Counted from the stretch's first letter, positions 51,580 through 61,687 are shown. The stretch: 64,000 nt of DNA from Nitrospirota bacterium (GCA_963737155.1 CAVTRN010000002.1:1-64000); one strand, 5' to 3'. Program-made: numbers and translations. Notes: generated by a model from the letters alone, not told the origin.

Positions 51580-53202
51580 TCAGAACTTCTGACTTTTGCT
51601 AAACAGTCCGGATGCCCCGCTGGGAGCGGGCGGCATCGCTTCAACGATCTGTGGGGTGTTGCTCCCGTCATAACAGCGCACTGTGAAAGTGTGTTTGCCC
51701 GGCTCGAACGGCCAGTCATAGCGCCAGATCACCCATGTCATTTGCGACAAAGGAGTTCTAATCTCAGCCGTCTGCCAAGGGCCGTCATCAACCTGAACCT
51801 CGACCTTCGAGATTCCGCGGGCGCCCGCGTGGGCGATGCCGCCGATGGGCACCAGTTTCCGCTGGTCAGCGCTGATTATAGTCATATCGACAGCGATGGT
51901 GTCGATCACGGACGTTGCCTTCATCTTTGCGACCTTGTCCCAGCCACGGACCACCCAGTAGCCCGGTTCCCAATGGTCCATTGCCTCGATGGACTCAATC
52001 CATTTGGGCTGTTTCATCCCGTGTACGTCCGGAATGTAGATCCGCAGCGGAAAGCCATGGTCTTCAAGCAGCGGCACCCCGTCCCAGGAATATGCCAGCA
52101 TTACCCGCTCGTCTGCCACGATCGTCGCGAGGGGCAGGGTTTCCCAAAATCCGTCTGCTGAACTGATTTTCAGGTGCGTGGCGCTGGGCTTCAGGCCGAG
52201 GTCAGGCAGGAGGCTCTTCAGGCTGACACCGGTCCAGCGGGTTGTTCCTATAAGATCGCCACCCACCGGATTGGAGATGCAGGACAGAGTGACGAATTGG
52301 TGCAAGGGTTCATAACGCTGGATGTCGTCCAGGCTGAAGGACAGAGGCTTTTCGACATGGCCTCCTATTTTGAGCCGCCACATCATGCCATCGATCTTCG
52401 GCGGGGTCGTGTTGATGTCAATGCGGTAGTGCCGCTCCAGGGGGGTGAATTCGGGTCGTGTGCCGGGTGCAGGTTTGACCGCGGCCCCGGCGTTCGGCAG
52501 GACGTGCGTTGCGGACCAAGGCATCAGACTCGACAGTTTCATCCGGCTGTGGCGCTCCGACAGAAGACCAACCATTGCCCCGCTCACCGTGATGGTCGCA
52601 GTGAACCCCGCAAGCCGGATCAGGAATTTACGCCGGCTGACCCGCTGAACGGATGGCAGGTCCGAAACCCGTTCAACGGACGCGCTGAGGTCGGACAGTC
52701 GCAGGTAAGACACACCGAAAGCCATCCCCCAGGAGGAAAAGACGAACAGGATCCAGAGCGCGCTAACCATCGGCGGGGCAACGGCTGTCTTGCCGAGATA
52801 GGAACTGATGAGCACGGCGGGAATGGCAGCGAACAATCCAAGGAAAAAGCCAGACACGTAAGCATAGCGGCCTCGCAGCACGCGCAGCACGCTGAAGAGA
52901 ATGGCGCCGGCAACGACGCCTGTGATGAACAGGCCGGCAATCCCCATCGTCTGCTCAATAATCTTGGCGGCTACAGATGTGGGACCCAGGTGCAACCCCC
53001 GAATGGCAGCAACCATGGCGCTGATGATAAATTCGATGAACGCTCCAGGCAGTACGCGGGTCGTCCAGTCGAATACATCAAAAGGGACGAAGGGCAGGTC
53101 CGCCAGCCTCCATCCCGCGTAAAAGACGGCGATCAGTGCTGCGGTCAGCAATGCCCCGACCATTGAGCCCATAAGAGCTCCTGGCGTGCCCCGCATCTTC
53201 AT
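51580..53202 (-). CDS. membrane-bound sulfite-oxidase-family molybdopterin oxidoreductase (MsrP/SoxC-like)
   Basis: N-terminal TMs, internal SRRKFL, LSCISN, HGFPLR..P..GMKQPKW, C-terminal dimerisation domain. Confidence 0.9.
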   Translation of the reverse strand: MKMRGTPGALMGSMVGALLTAALIAVFYAGWRLADLPFVPFDVFDWTTRVLPGAFIEFIISAMVAAIRGLHLGPTSVAAKIIEQTMGIAGLFITGVVAGAILFSVLRVLRGRYAYVSGFFLGLFAAIPAVLISSYLGKTAVAPPMVSALWILFVFSSWGMAFGVSYLRLSDLSASVERVSDLPSVQRVSRRKFLIRLAGFTATITVSGAMVGLLSERHSRMKLSSLMPWSATHVLPNAGAAVKPAPGTRPEFTPLERHYRIDINTTPPKIDGMMWRLKIGGHVEKPLSFSLDDIQRYEPLHQFVTLSCISNPVGGDLIGTTRWTGVSLKSLLPDLGLKPSATHLKISSADGFWETLPLATIVADERVMLAYSWDGVPLLEDHGFPLRIYIPDVHGMKQPKWIESIEAMDHWEPGYWVVRGWDKVAKMKATSVIDTIAVDMTIISADQRKLVPIGGIAHAGARGISKVEVQVDDGPWQTAEIRTPLSQMTWVIWRYDWPFEPGKHTFTVRCYDGSNTPQIVEAMPPAPSGASGLFSKSQKF

Positions 53203-53639
53203 AGTCTTTCCTCTCTTTCTTAATGAATAGGGTTGTTATGACCCACGTTCGGTAGTCCTCTGTTACTATATCAACAGGATAAATGTCAAACGGAGAAATG
53301 AATAGGAATCCCGTGAATTCGACCAAGGACCCCTGTGTCCATACACTAACGACTAGTTCGATCCCCGCTTGATCGTTGAAGGCATGTAGCCAGACTGGGA
53401 CTCATCCGGTCCCCCGGCAGGAGCCTTGGGACATACGTCATAGAGGTAGGCGGCTGTCCGCAGGTATGGCACCGCTCCACTTCCCGGTGATTACCCAGAT
53501 ACTGCTGTACCATGATGATGAACGCGGCATGGCTCCACATAAAGGGTAACCAAAACCACATCTCCAGTAAAGGGATTAACCTGCTCTGCGAGGACCCCTT
53601 AAGACAACGCCCTTTCGCAAGCGCAGTTCAAAACGGCGA

Positions 53640-53960
53640 CTGACTTTCGCACCTCAACCTTGTTCTTTGCCTTTTGATCAGATATGCATACCATAATGTA
53701 CAGATGATTCAAGGGTTCCCGGGGATGTCGGCACGGTCACGCTCTGATAGCGGTCGAATTCGTACCTCGCCAACCCACCGATCTCTGTCTGACGCCAGAG
53801 CTTTTCTTTCAGCGCTTTGATGGTATTGACAATCTTTCCATCCGATGCCGAGAAAACACCGAAGGGGAAGAGTCCGCAGAGGCTTGCATCAAACCTAAAG
53901 TCCTTCTGCAGTGAGCCAACACGCTCGGAAACTCCGTTCATGAAAACATGGCCTTGGGCG
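53640..53960 (-). pseudogene. glycoside hydrolase family 15 fragment
   Basis: DASLCGL..FGVF..SD......IKAL..KLW.QTEIGGLARYE.D.Y motif with no full gene. Confidence 0.6.
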
Positions 53961-54647
53961 TGGTTCTCGCTGCCCATGCTTGGAATGCAGAAGTCCCGCA
54001 CAAGCCCTGACTTATCAGACAGAATCAACAGAGAGCCATACCTTATTGGTATGTCCCTCGGCATGTCATCCTGCCTTTTCGAGGCTTAACTACAAAGGAG
54101 TGAGAACAACGCGATAAGCTGGCCAACTGGATATCTTTCAACGATTATATCATATACACGCGTGGACAAGTATGGCAGGTCAAAGGATCATGTTGTCACA
54201 TTATGCCGGAATGAAATAGGATACATGTAAATGCTTAAATGAAAAAGATATTCTTGCCAGTGCTGAGAACCAAGGAAAAAAGTCAAAGGGCAATTGCAAT
54301 AAACATTGCAGTGTAAGAAACCCCCAACTCCCGCTGGGGGGAGTCATTCGCCGCCTTCTAGGCCGTCATGGTTTTTGTTTTTCTCAGGTTTAGATATTTT
54401 ATGTAAGCGGATATTGACAACATTGTTTCAGGACAATCGCTATGGCATTCCAAATACTATATTCTATGAAGTCTCCTCGTGTAACTCGCCCACCCGGGGA
54501 TGGGGATCTCGTTAATTTTACAAGCAAGCCTGACGATCTTAGGCTGAGCCGACACATCTCCAAACAGGAGGCAGGTTTTTTGTGCGGCCTGATCAAGTAC
54601 CATAAGATCGCATTCTTTCTTTAAGGAAATTCAGTCGGCTTACAGCT

Positions 54648-55088
54648 TCATTTCATCATGCCTTCATTCATTTTTTTGCCTTTGTCCATCATCATCTGAC
54701 CCTCTTGCATCATCATGTCGCCCTCTTTCATCATCATGTCGTTATCCATTTTACCTTTTTTCATCATCTTTCCGTCTTTCATCATCATCTTACCATCCTT
54801 CACCATCATGTCGTCCTTCATCTTTTTTCCGACCTTCTCCATCATCTTCCCATCCTGCATCATCACGTCGCCCTCTTTCATCATCGTGTCTCTATCCATC
54901 ATGCCTTCCTTCAACTTCTTGCCTTCATCCATCATCATCTGCCCCTTCTTCATCATCGTATCGCCCTGTTTCATCGTCATGTCATTGTCCATCATCTTCT
55001 CATCCGCTTGGACGAATTTGATCCCCATTGAAAGCATCAGGACTATCGTGGATATAATTACTGTGGCAAATACAAATGTCTTTTTCAT
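54648..55088 (-). CDS. secreted methionine-rich repeat protein
   Basis: 28-aa signal peptide; 38 Met in the 118-aa mature part; MMKEGD-like repeats; AAGGAGG SD. Confidence 0.88.
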   Translation of the reverse strand: MKKTFVFATVIISTIVLMLSMGIKFVQADEKMMDNDMTMKQGDTMMKKGQMMMDEGKKLKEGMMDRDTMMKEGDVMMQDGKMMEKVGKKMKDDMMVKDGKMMMKDGKMMKKGKMDNDMMMKEGDMMMQEGQMMMDKGKKMNEGMMK

Positions 55089-55491
55089 GGAAAATCCTCC
55101 TTTAATTGTTTAATAAATTCTAAAACTTGTTTTCAGACAGCCAACAGAATTATTTGCAGAAACTTAAGAGGCACCCGCAATTTTCCAGGCCATGACTTCA
55201 TAAGATTGCTTTTATCATTATAGATCCTCCTTTTCAGTTAAGTTCGATTTTTCCGTTTATTCGATCATTGCGTTTTATTGCAATTTACTACCTGACAAGC
55301 GAAATCAGCGTCAGATCGGGATCTCCACTTAAGATCGAGAATACAGTTGTGACAAGTAGAACATTGATAATTTAAGTGAAATTAAAATGTCCTTTTGAGC
55401 TCTCTGCAAAGACAAGGGTGCACTGTATACACGCTGCACCCCCTCTCTGTTTTTGACCACTGATGCCCCTTTGTTTGTTCAGTCACCTGTC

Positions 55492-56592
55492 TTAGCGTGC
55501 CGCTATGCCTTGTGCAAAAATAGAGAATCCACCAGGGATTGTACCCAAATTTTTCAAGCTGCCGTCGTGTTCAATATGGAACATGTCTACAGTTCCATTC
55601 GCAGGGTCCAACGCATAGAGAAAACGTCCGTTACCTGTTATGGACATATCGAGAGGCGTGTTTCCCGTGCCAGCAACACCGTTAAGCAGAGTAAGGGTCC
55701 CCTCTACAGTCATGTCTGTATAGGCTGAAATGGAGTGGGTGCCCGGGTTGTCAGTAAATATTTCTCCGCGCTCATTGCCAGCTATCCAGCAGGCCGCTAT
55801 CTGCTCGTTGGGCACTGATCCGCTAATCACCTGCAAGGTGTCATCTGGCTGAATCTTGTAAGACGAAACCGCATTGGTGCCCGCTTCAACCACCAGCAGG
55901 TGCCCCCATTGATCAAAAATAAACCCAAAGGGGGTAACGCCGTAGGATGGTGAAGTTACAGGGGTCGTGCCTGGCAATCCGTCATGGCCTACGGAGTAGA
56001 CGAGAATCTTATTGTCTGCTTTATCTGTAACTACCAGTGTCTCGCCCTCTGGATCGAATCCCACCTGGGCAAATCCTCCGGCTCCCAACGGCCGAGTGGA
56101 CATAGTGAGAGCGATCAACTTACCTGCATGGCCTAGGCTGAATCCAGTAATGTTCGGAGAGCCCCCGGCATTCAGGACGTAGACAAGGTTATGGAAGACG
56201 GTCACGCTCACAGGAAATACTCCACCAGAATCAACCTTGTCGACCAAATCCAGCCCATCTCGCAGGACTCTGAAGACGGAAATTTCATTACTTCCTGCAT
56301 TAACAGCCACGAGCCAACTGTGGTCCTCGCTGAGCACGAGTGACCCCTGTGAACCCAGTGGATCTAACGCGCTGCCGGAACCGGTCCCGCCTGTTGCTAT
56401 TGAGCCTGCATTTGTCAAATTGCCCTCGTAGTCCCGATCAAAAAAAACCACTTCATTACCACCGGCGGCATTAGTCATGGCGTACACAGCCCCGGCCTTT
56501 TCGTCGTCTCGCGCGCCGTCTGCAAAGACTTCGATGGCCAAGATCATCAGTATCGCTGCAGTCATAACTGCTACTAACATTTTCTTATTCAT
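55492..56592 (-). CDS. exported lactonase-family beta-propeller protein
   Basis: Signal peptide; AVYAMTNA..GNEV, GTGSG...LGSQG, VNAGSNEISVF, ACWI, GRFLYAL. Confidence 0.85.
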   Translation of the reverse strand: MNKKMLVAVMTAAILMILAIEVFADGARDDEKAGAVYAMTNAAGGNEVVFFDRDYEGNLTNAGSIATGGTGSGSALDPLGSQGSLVLSEDHSWLVAVNAGSNEISVFRVLRDGLDLVDKVDSGGVFPVSVTVFHNLVYVLNAGGSPNITGFSLGHAGKLIALTMSTRPLGAGGFAQVGFDPEGETLVVTDKADNKILVYSVGHDGLPGTTPVTSPSYGVTPFGFIFDQWGHLLVVEAGTNAVSSYKIQPDDTLQVISGSVPNEQIAACWIAGNERGEIFTDNPGTHSISAYTDMTVEGTLTLLNGVAGTGNTPLDMSITGNGRFLYALDPANGTVDMFHIEHDGSLKNLGTIPGGFSIFAQGIAAR

Positions 56593-56967
56593 TGTTTCCT
56601 CCTTGTCTTCATTATTGAAAATTGTCTGGAGGCACTCTGCCTGATTAGTAAACAGTGACGCACTAGATCCACCTCATGTCCTACCTTTAGCATCCCTCCT
56701 TTCGCTGATACTTATTATGACTCGTGAGCAATGACACATATGAAGCAGGATGATTTATAAACCGCATTGCTATATTCTTCGTGGTTACCAAAGCGAGAGC
56801 AGTCGACAAATATGCAATTAACGAAATGAGTGATCCAGGAACGTTGGTTTAAAGCCGCAATAAAAATCAGACTGATTGTAATTTTTCTTATTTGTTTAAA
56901 TCGGCAAGTGCAGAATATCGGATTTTTTTAAACTTTACTTTCAAACTTGTGGAAAGTATAGCTGACG

Positions 56968-57009
56968 AAGGTCACGAAATCATCACGGAAGGATAAAATC
57001 TTGGTCACG
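56968..57009. promoter_or_regulatory. candidate OmpR-type operator, copy 2
   Basis: AAGGTCACGAAATCATCACGGAAGGATAAAATCTTGGTCACG. Confidence 0.7.
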
Positions 57010-57058
57010 ATAAAGGCTAATTCTAAAGACTGGGTCTCTCAAGTTCGATCTTGTGGGA

Positions 57059-58543
57059 TTATGCTTGAGTTTTATAAACAGGCAGGGTGAACGTAAAGGA
57101 AGTGCCGACATTGACGGCGCTTTTAACTTGGATATCGCTCCCGTGGAGTTCCAGGATTCTCTTGACAATGGCAAGACCAAGCCCGGCCCTATCTGCGGCC
57201 TTCGGACGTTCTCCCTTTAGCCGGGAAGAGCGGTCAAATAGTTGCACAATATCCTCCGGCCGGATGCCAGAGCCAGTATCCGAAACCTGCATTTCCATTC
57301 GTTCGTCTTTGGGAATGACATTGACACAGATAGATCCATCTTCACCAGTATATCGGACGGCATTTTCTATAAGATTTTCAAGTACGCGTTCGCATAACCC
57401 AATATCAGCGAGCGCCAGGGGAAGGGATCCCGCAGCGTTCGTGTGAAGATTGATTTTTTTCATCTTGGCAACGAGCTGGAACTTCTGCAGAACATCCTGA
57501 ATGAGTTCGCCCAGAGAGAACGGCTCGAAGCTAACCTGAACATCAGGAGAATCCAATTTTGCGAGTTCAAATAGTTCGGAAACGAGTTTTCCTAATTGCT
57601 CGGAACGCTTGATGGCAATCGTGAGATAGCTCTGATGTTGCTCAGGCGTCAACCCTCCTTCCTTAATGAGCAGGGTCTCGAGATAGCCCTGAAGTGAGGT
57701 CAGCGGAGTTCGAAGATCATGCGCAATATTCGTCACTAATTCCCGCCGGAGCGCATCGGCCTCTCTAAGTTCCTTTATTTGGTGAACGATGCGATCGGCC
57801 ATATGCGTGAAGATCGTCCCGAGCCGGTCGATTTCGTTTCTTGAGCCGGTTCGAAACTGGCTCAATAAATCAGGAGGCCCTGAGAAATCACTCTGTCTGA
57901 AGGTTTCCATGGTCGCGGTTAGACTCTGGAGCCTTCGAGTCATCCGGCTGAAGAGAAGAAGCGCGGTCAGTAAGGCAAACAGCAATACTCCTGCTGCAGC
58001 CCACACACTGAGACGGAGGATGTAGCTGCCTTGAAGCATCTGGGCGACTGTATCAAATTCCTCGCCACCCAAGATAACGTAGACGTATCCTTGCATGCTG
58101 CCTTCCAGAGCGATTGGTGAAACGGAGAATATTTTCTTATGTGTAAGATCGCGCGGATCGTCACCCATAATGGGTAAAGAGGATGTTCCGTTCAGAAGCT
58201 GTTTTATGGGACTTAATGAAACAGTCTGCCGTTTCATCTTTCCAGGAGGCGCGGAGAACGCCAGGATAGTGCCGTTCGGATCGAGGAGATAAACCTCGAT
58301 GCCAGGGTTCACGACCATCAGCATGCGAAAGATATCCTGAAGGGATTCTTGATTGACCCGACCGTCTTTTATCAAGATTTTTTCCATCGCTAAATTCTGC
58401 GCTAGCGTACGGTTGAGTTTCTGGTTCACCTCCTGAAAATACATCCGGGTAGTGTAGAGCGTCAGCAGGATGTAAAGTACTCCTATCAGACAGAATATCC
58501 CCACGAGCACAGCGGCCAGTTTGAAGTAAAGGGTTTTAAACAT
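57059..58543 (-). CDS. HAMP-domain sensor histidine kinase
   Basis: Two TMs flanking a periplasmic domain; NIAHDLRTPL; NLIENAVRY; AGLGLAIVK. Confidence 0.93.
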   Translation of the reverse strand: MFKTLYFKLAAVLVGIFCLIGVLYILLTLYTTRMYFQEVNQKLNRTLAQNLAMEKILIKDGRVNQESLQDIFRMLMVVNPGIEVYLLDPNGTILAFSAPPGKMKRQTVSLSPIKQLLNGTSSLPIMGDDPRDLTHKKIFSVSPIALEGSMQGYVYVILGGEEFDTVAQMLQGSYILRLSVWAAAGVLLFALLTALLLFSRMTRRLQSLTATMETFRQSDFSGPPDLLSQFRTGSRNEIDRLGTIFTHMADRIVHQIKELREADALRRELVTNIAHDLRTPLTSLQGYLETLLIKEGGLTPEQHQSYLTIAIKRSEQLGKLVSELFELAKLDSPDVQVSFEPFSLGELIQDVLQKFQLVAKMKKINLHTNAAGSLPLALADIGLCERVLENLIENAVRYTGEDGSICVNVIPKDERMEMQVSDTGSGIRPEDIVQLFDRSSRLKGERPKAADRAGLGLAIVKRILELHGSDIQVKSAVNVGTSFTFTLPVYKTQA

Positions 58544-58547
58544 AAGC

Positions 58548-58740
58548 TTATGCCTTTCGTGTTTCTTCGGGATCGGAGAACTTGTAGCCGACTCCAAAGA
58601 CGCACAAAATGTGAAACACCTGAGCAGGGTTGTCTGTGGCCCTCAGACAGTTGATATGAATATTGCCATCACGTTCGTAGCCCTCATCCTCGTAACCCCG
58701 AACTAAATTCAGCAACTCCTTGCTTACGTGAAAGGTTATT
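58548..58740 (-). pseudogene. response-regulator C-terminal remnant
   Basis: KELLNLVRGYEDEGYERDGNIHINCLR is a degenerate copy of the end of 59122..59841. Confidence 0.75.
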
Positions 58741-58809
58741 ACTTTACGGATTTGGTCCAGACCGCATACATGATTCATGCGCAGTCGTCTAATCAAAGGA
58801 TACCCTGCA

Positions 58810-58851
58810 ATGGTCACAAAACCATCACAGCAGGATAATATGTTGATCACA
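58810..58851. promoter_or_regulatory. candidate OmpR-type operator, copy 3
   Basis: ATGGTCACAAAACCATCACAGCAGGATAATATGTTGATCACA. Confidence 0.65.
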
Positions 58852-58914
58852 GGAAAAGGGAAGTACTAAAGGCGCAATTGGTCACTACCGGTCATGTGCT
58901 TACGTTATAACTGA

Positions 58915-59118
58915 GAGTTGTAAACCGACAAGCGGACGTAAAGGTCGTTCCGTACAATAACTAACTACGAACTTCGTTGGGGCTCTCATGCAGTTCGAGG
59001 ATTCTCTTGGTGAATACATCCGGGCGGTGTACAGCGTGAGCAGGATGTACAGGACGCCGATCAACAAGAACAGCTTGATTGGAACGGCAGCAAGTCTGGT
59101 GAAAGGTTTTTAGACACG
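58915..59118 (-). pseudogene. internally deleted histidine-kinase remnant
   Basis: DNA resembles both the 5' end (58440-58545) and the 3' end (57070-57165) of the intact kinase. Confidence 0.65.
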
Positions 59119-59121
59119 ACG

Positions 59122-59841
59122 CTACCCCTTGTCCATATCTGCTGAATCGGAAAGCTTATAGCCAATCCCCCTCACACTCAAAATGTACCGAGGTTGGGCA
59201 GGGTTTATCTCGATTTTGGCCCTGAGGCGGTTAATATGGGAATTGACCGTGTGCTCGTAGCCCTCATACCCGTAACCCCAGACTAAATTCAGCAGCTCCT
59301 TGCGTGTGTTCACCCTTCCTGGACAATTCATAAAATGGAGTAACAGGTCGAACTCTTTGGCTGTCAACATTACAGGATTTCCTCGGAGAGTAACATTCCG
59401 CTTTTCAACATCAACCACGAGATCGCCTGCCTGGATCGTTTCGTGCGATTGATGCGCCGCCTCCAACTTAAGCGCCTCCACGCGACGGAACAGAGCCTTA
59501 ACCCGCGCCATAAGTTCGCGAATGCCGAATGGTTTTGTCAGGTAATCGTCTGCTCCGATCTCCAGGCCGAGAACCCGGTCAATCTCGGAAGACCGAGAGG
59601 TCAGCATTAAGACGGGAATGTAGGTCGCGGCGGTTCTCAAACGCCGACAGATCTCCAGCCCGTCTATGCCTGGCAGCATCAGATCCAGAATAATCAGGTC
59701 GTGTTTCTTCGAGAGGGCTTGCTCGAAACCAGCATTGCCGTCAAAGGCCAAATATGCTTCGTATCCTGTATCCCTCAGATGAAGCTCCACAAGATGAGCG
59801 ATATCTTTATCGTCTTCAATTATAAGAACTCTGCGAGGCAT
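59122..59841 (-). CDS. OmpR/PhoB-family response regulator
   Basis: VLIIEDD, LDLMLP, GADDYLTKPF, LTAKEFDLL, TVNSHINRLRAK. Confidence 0.96.
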   Translation of the reverse strand: MPRRVLIIEDDKDIAHLVELHLRDTGYEAYLAFDGNAGFEQALSKKHDLIILDLMLPGIDGLEICRRLRTAATYIPVLMLTSRSSEIDRVLGLEIGADDYLTKPFGIRELMARVKALFRRVEALKLEAAHQSHETIQAGDLVVDVEKRNVTLRGNPVMLTAKEFDLLLHFMNCPGRVNTRKELLNLVWGYGYEGYEHTVNSHINRLRAKIEINPAQPRYILSVRGIGYKLSDSADMDKG

Positions 59842-60013
59842 ACTTTTCTACTCTTTCAGCATATTTGTCTTGATAATAGTAAAAAGTATATCATAAAAAT
59901 ACCGGAAAATTTTGCTGCTACTCTGAAAATACTCATTCCCAGTTATTTAAACGATAAGCTTCCGGTTTCGCATTTCTATTGCTTTCAACAATGGAAAGGT
60001 GGGACAATTTACC

Positions 60014-60862
60014 ATGGCCGAACTGCACGATCCCACAATATCCCGTTTCCAAAGATACTCGATACTCCTGCTGGTGCTGGTTGCCGGTACCGCGGCCTAC
60101 TTCGCAATTGAAAGGGGGCAGCATACCATGAGCCCGAGCGCTTTTGCTTCCTCTCCCAACTCTTCGAAACCCCTGATCGACACCTTCGCGCCAAAACAGA
60201 TCGCTACGGCCACCTTTGCAATGGGCTGATTCTGGGGCCCGGACTCCCGGTTCGGGAGCCTGGCTGGCGTTGTCAGGACGCGCGTGGGGTACGCAGGCGG
60301 GAAAAAACAGAACCCCACCTACCATGCTCTCGGCGACCATACCGAGACCATCCAGATCGACTACGATCCCTCTAAGATATCGTACCGCGATCTGCTCAGG
60401 GCCTTCTGGACTGGTCATGATCCTACCTATCAAAACTGGTCCCGTCAGTACGCCTCCATTATCTTCGTGCACAACGTCGAACAGCGGCGGGAGGCCGAGG
60501 AAACGAGAACAGAGGTCGAACAGGAGCGAGGCAGGAAGGTCTATACTGAAATCGACGCGTACAGTGGCTTTACTCTTGCCGAAGACTATCATCAGAAGCA
60601 CAGTCTCCGTCAGTTCCCGGCCTTCTACGAAGAGCTCAGCCGCCTCTATCCTTCCTTTAACGGCTTCGTTGCTTCGACGGCCGTAGCTCGGGTGAACGGA
60701 TATCTCGGTGGCGAGGGCTCCTATGAGGAACTCAAAAAGGAAGCGGACAGTCTTGGTTTGTCCTCGGCGCGGAAAGAGGAACTCCTCCAACTCGTAGAGC
60801 GGCAGAGGGGTAGGCAGGACTGTCCAATACCGACGAAGGGTCTTGCCGCAGGCGCTCACTGA
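60014..60862 (+). CDS. msrA: selenocysteine-containing, membrane-anchored MsrA (282 aa with UGA read as Sec)
   Basis: ATATFAMG-TGA(60227)-FWG places UGA at the GCFWG catalytic Cys; the frame continues into RVGYAGG, HTETIQIDYDP, AEDYHQK. Confidence 0.9.
60239..60263 (+). promoter_or_regulatory. bacterial SECIS-like hairpin
   Basis: CCGGA-CTCCCG-GTT-CGGGAG-CCTGG; the G-containing apical loop is about 20 nt after the UGA. Confidence 0.7.
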
Positions 60863-61045
60863 TCGGAAAGATCCCTTTGGGGCAGATTCTCAACGTTTGT
60901 ATGATCGGGAAGAAGATTATGTTGCAGCAATAGATTCATATACACAAGCACTTAAGTTCAGTGAGGATTTAAATCTCAGCTGACACGATCGTCTCATTTC
61001 GTATCGACACTGCTGAATTTACATTATAAACCAAAAGGAGAAAAC

Positions 61046-61687
61046 GTGAAAAAAGCACTTGTTGCAGCAGCACTACTATCACTGACACTTGCAGTACCCG
61101 CATTCGCAACTGAGGGTGGTCAGACGCCGAATACGCATAGCCAAGCCTTAGTGCTCTTTGAGCAGGGAGAAAGCTTACTTCAAAGCGACAAGTACGGAGA
61201 AGCCAAAAAGGCTTTTACCGAGGCGATTGCCCTGAATCCAAATTATGCTGAAGCCTATGACAGCCTAGGGAAAGTTTTTATGCTGCAATTAAAATACGAT
61301 GAAGCAACAAAAGAATTTGCCAAAGCAATCAATCTCAACCCTGACGACTACACGGCTTACTTCAATCAAGGAATTGCATTTTATCATTTGGGGAAAACTA
61401 ACGAGGTCATCCATAATTTCACTGAGGTTATTCGCCTCTACCCCAATAACCAGGCCGCTTACAACATTCGCGGCATTGCCTATTTCGAGCAGGGAAAACT
61501 CGACGAAGCTATCCGCGACTATTCAAAAGCCATCGAGCTCAATTCAGGCTATACTAAGGCGTATAATAATCGTGGAATTGCTTATTTGCGACAGGGGAAA
61601 ACTGCTGAAGCAGAGCGTGATTTCGTTAAATCTGGACAACCTATGCCTGGAGCAACAGGAACGCGTCTTAACGAATGTGCCTTTTAA
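61046..61687 (+). CDS. exported TPR-repeat protein
   Basis: Signal peptide; repeats AIALNPNYAEAY, AYNIRGIAY, AYNNRGIAY. Confidence 0.9.
   Translation: MKKALVAAALLSLTLAVPAFATEGGQTPNTHSQALVLFEQGESLLQSDKYGEAKKAFTEAIALNPNYAEAYDSLGKVFMLQLKYDEATKEFAKAINLNPDDYTAYFNQGIAFYHLGKTNEVIHNFTEVIRLYPNNQAAYNIRGIAYFEQGKLDEAIRDYSKAIELNSGYTKAYNNRGIAYLRQGKTAEAERDFVKSGQPMPGATGTRLNECAF

Noticed and set aside
52174-53166. 330-aa plus-strand ORF
   Set aside because: Antisense shadow of the GC-rich molybdopterin oxidoreductase gene.
54705-55113. His-rich and Ile/Ser-rich ORFs on the + strand
   Set aside because: Antisense shadows of the ATG-rich Met-repeat gene, which has the SD and signal peptide.
55150-55218. Short SD-led ORF with an in-frame TGA as a second selenoprotein
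   Set aside because: MIKAIL-TGA has no redox motif or clear SECIS hairpin, and readthrough gives only about 22 aa.
59933-60859. 308-aa minus-strand ORF
   Set aside because: Antisense shadow of the Sec-MsrA reading frame; no motifs.
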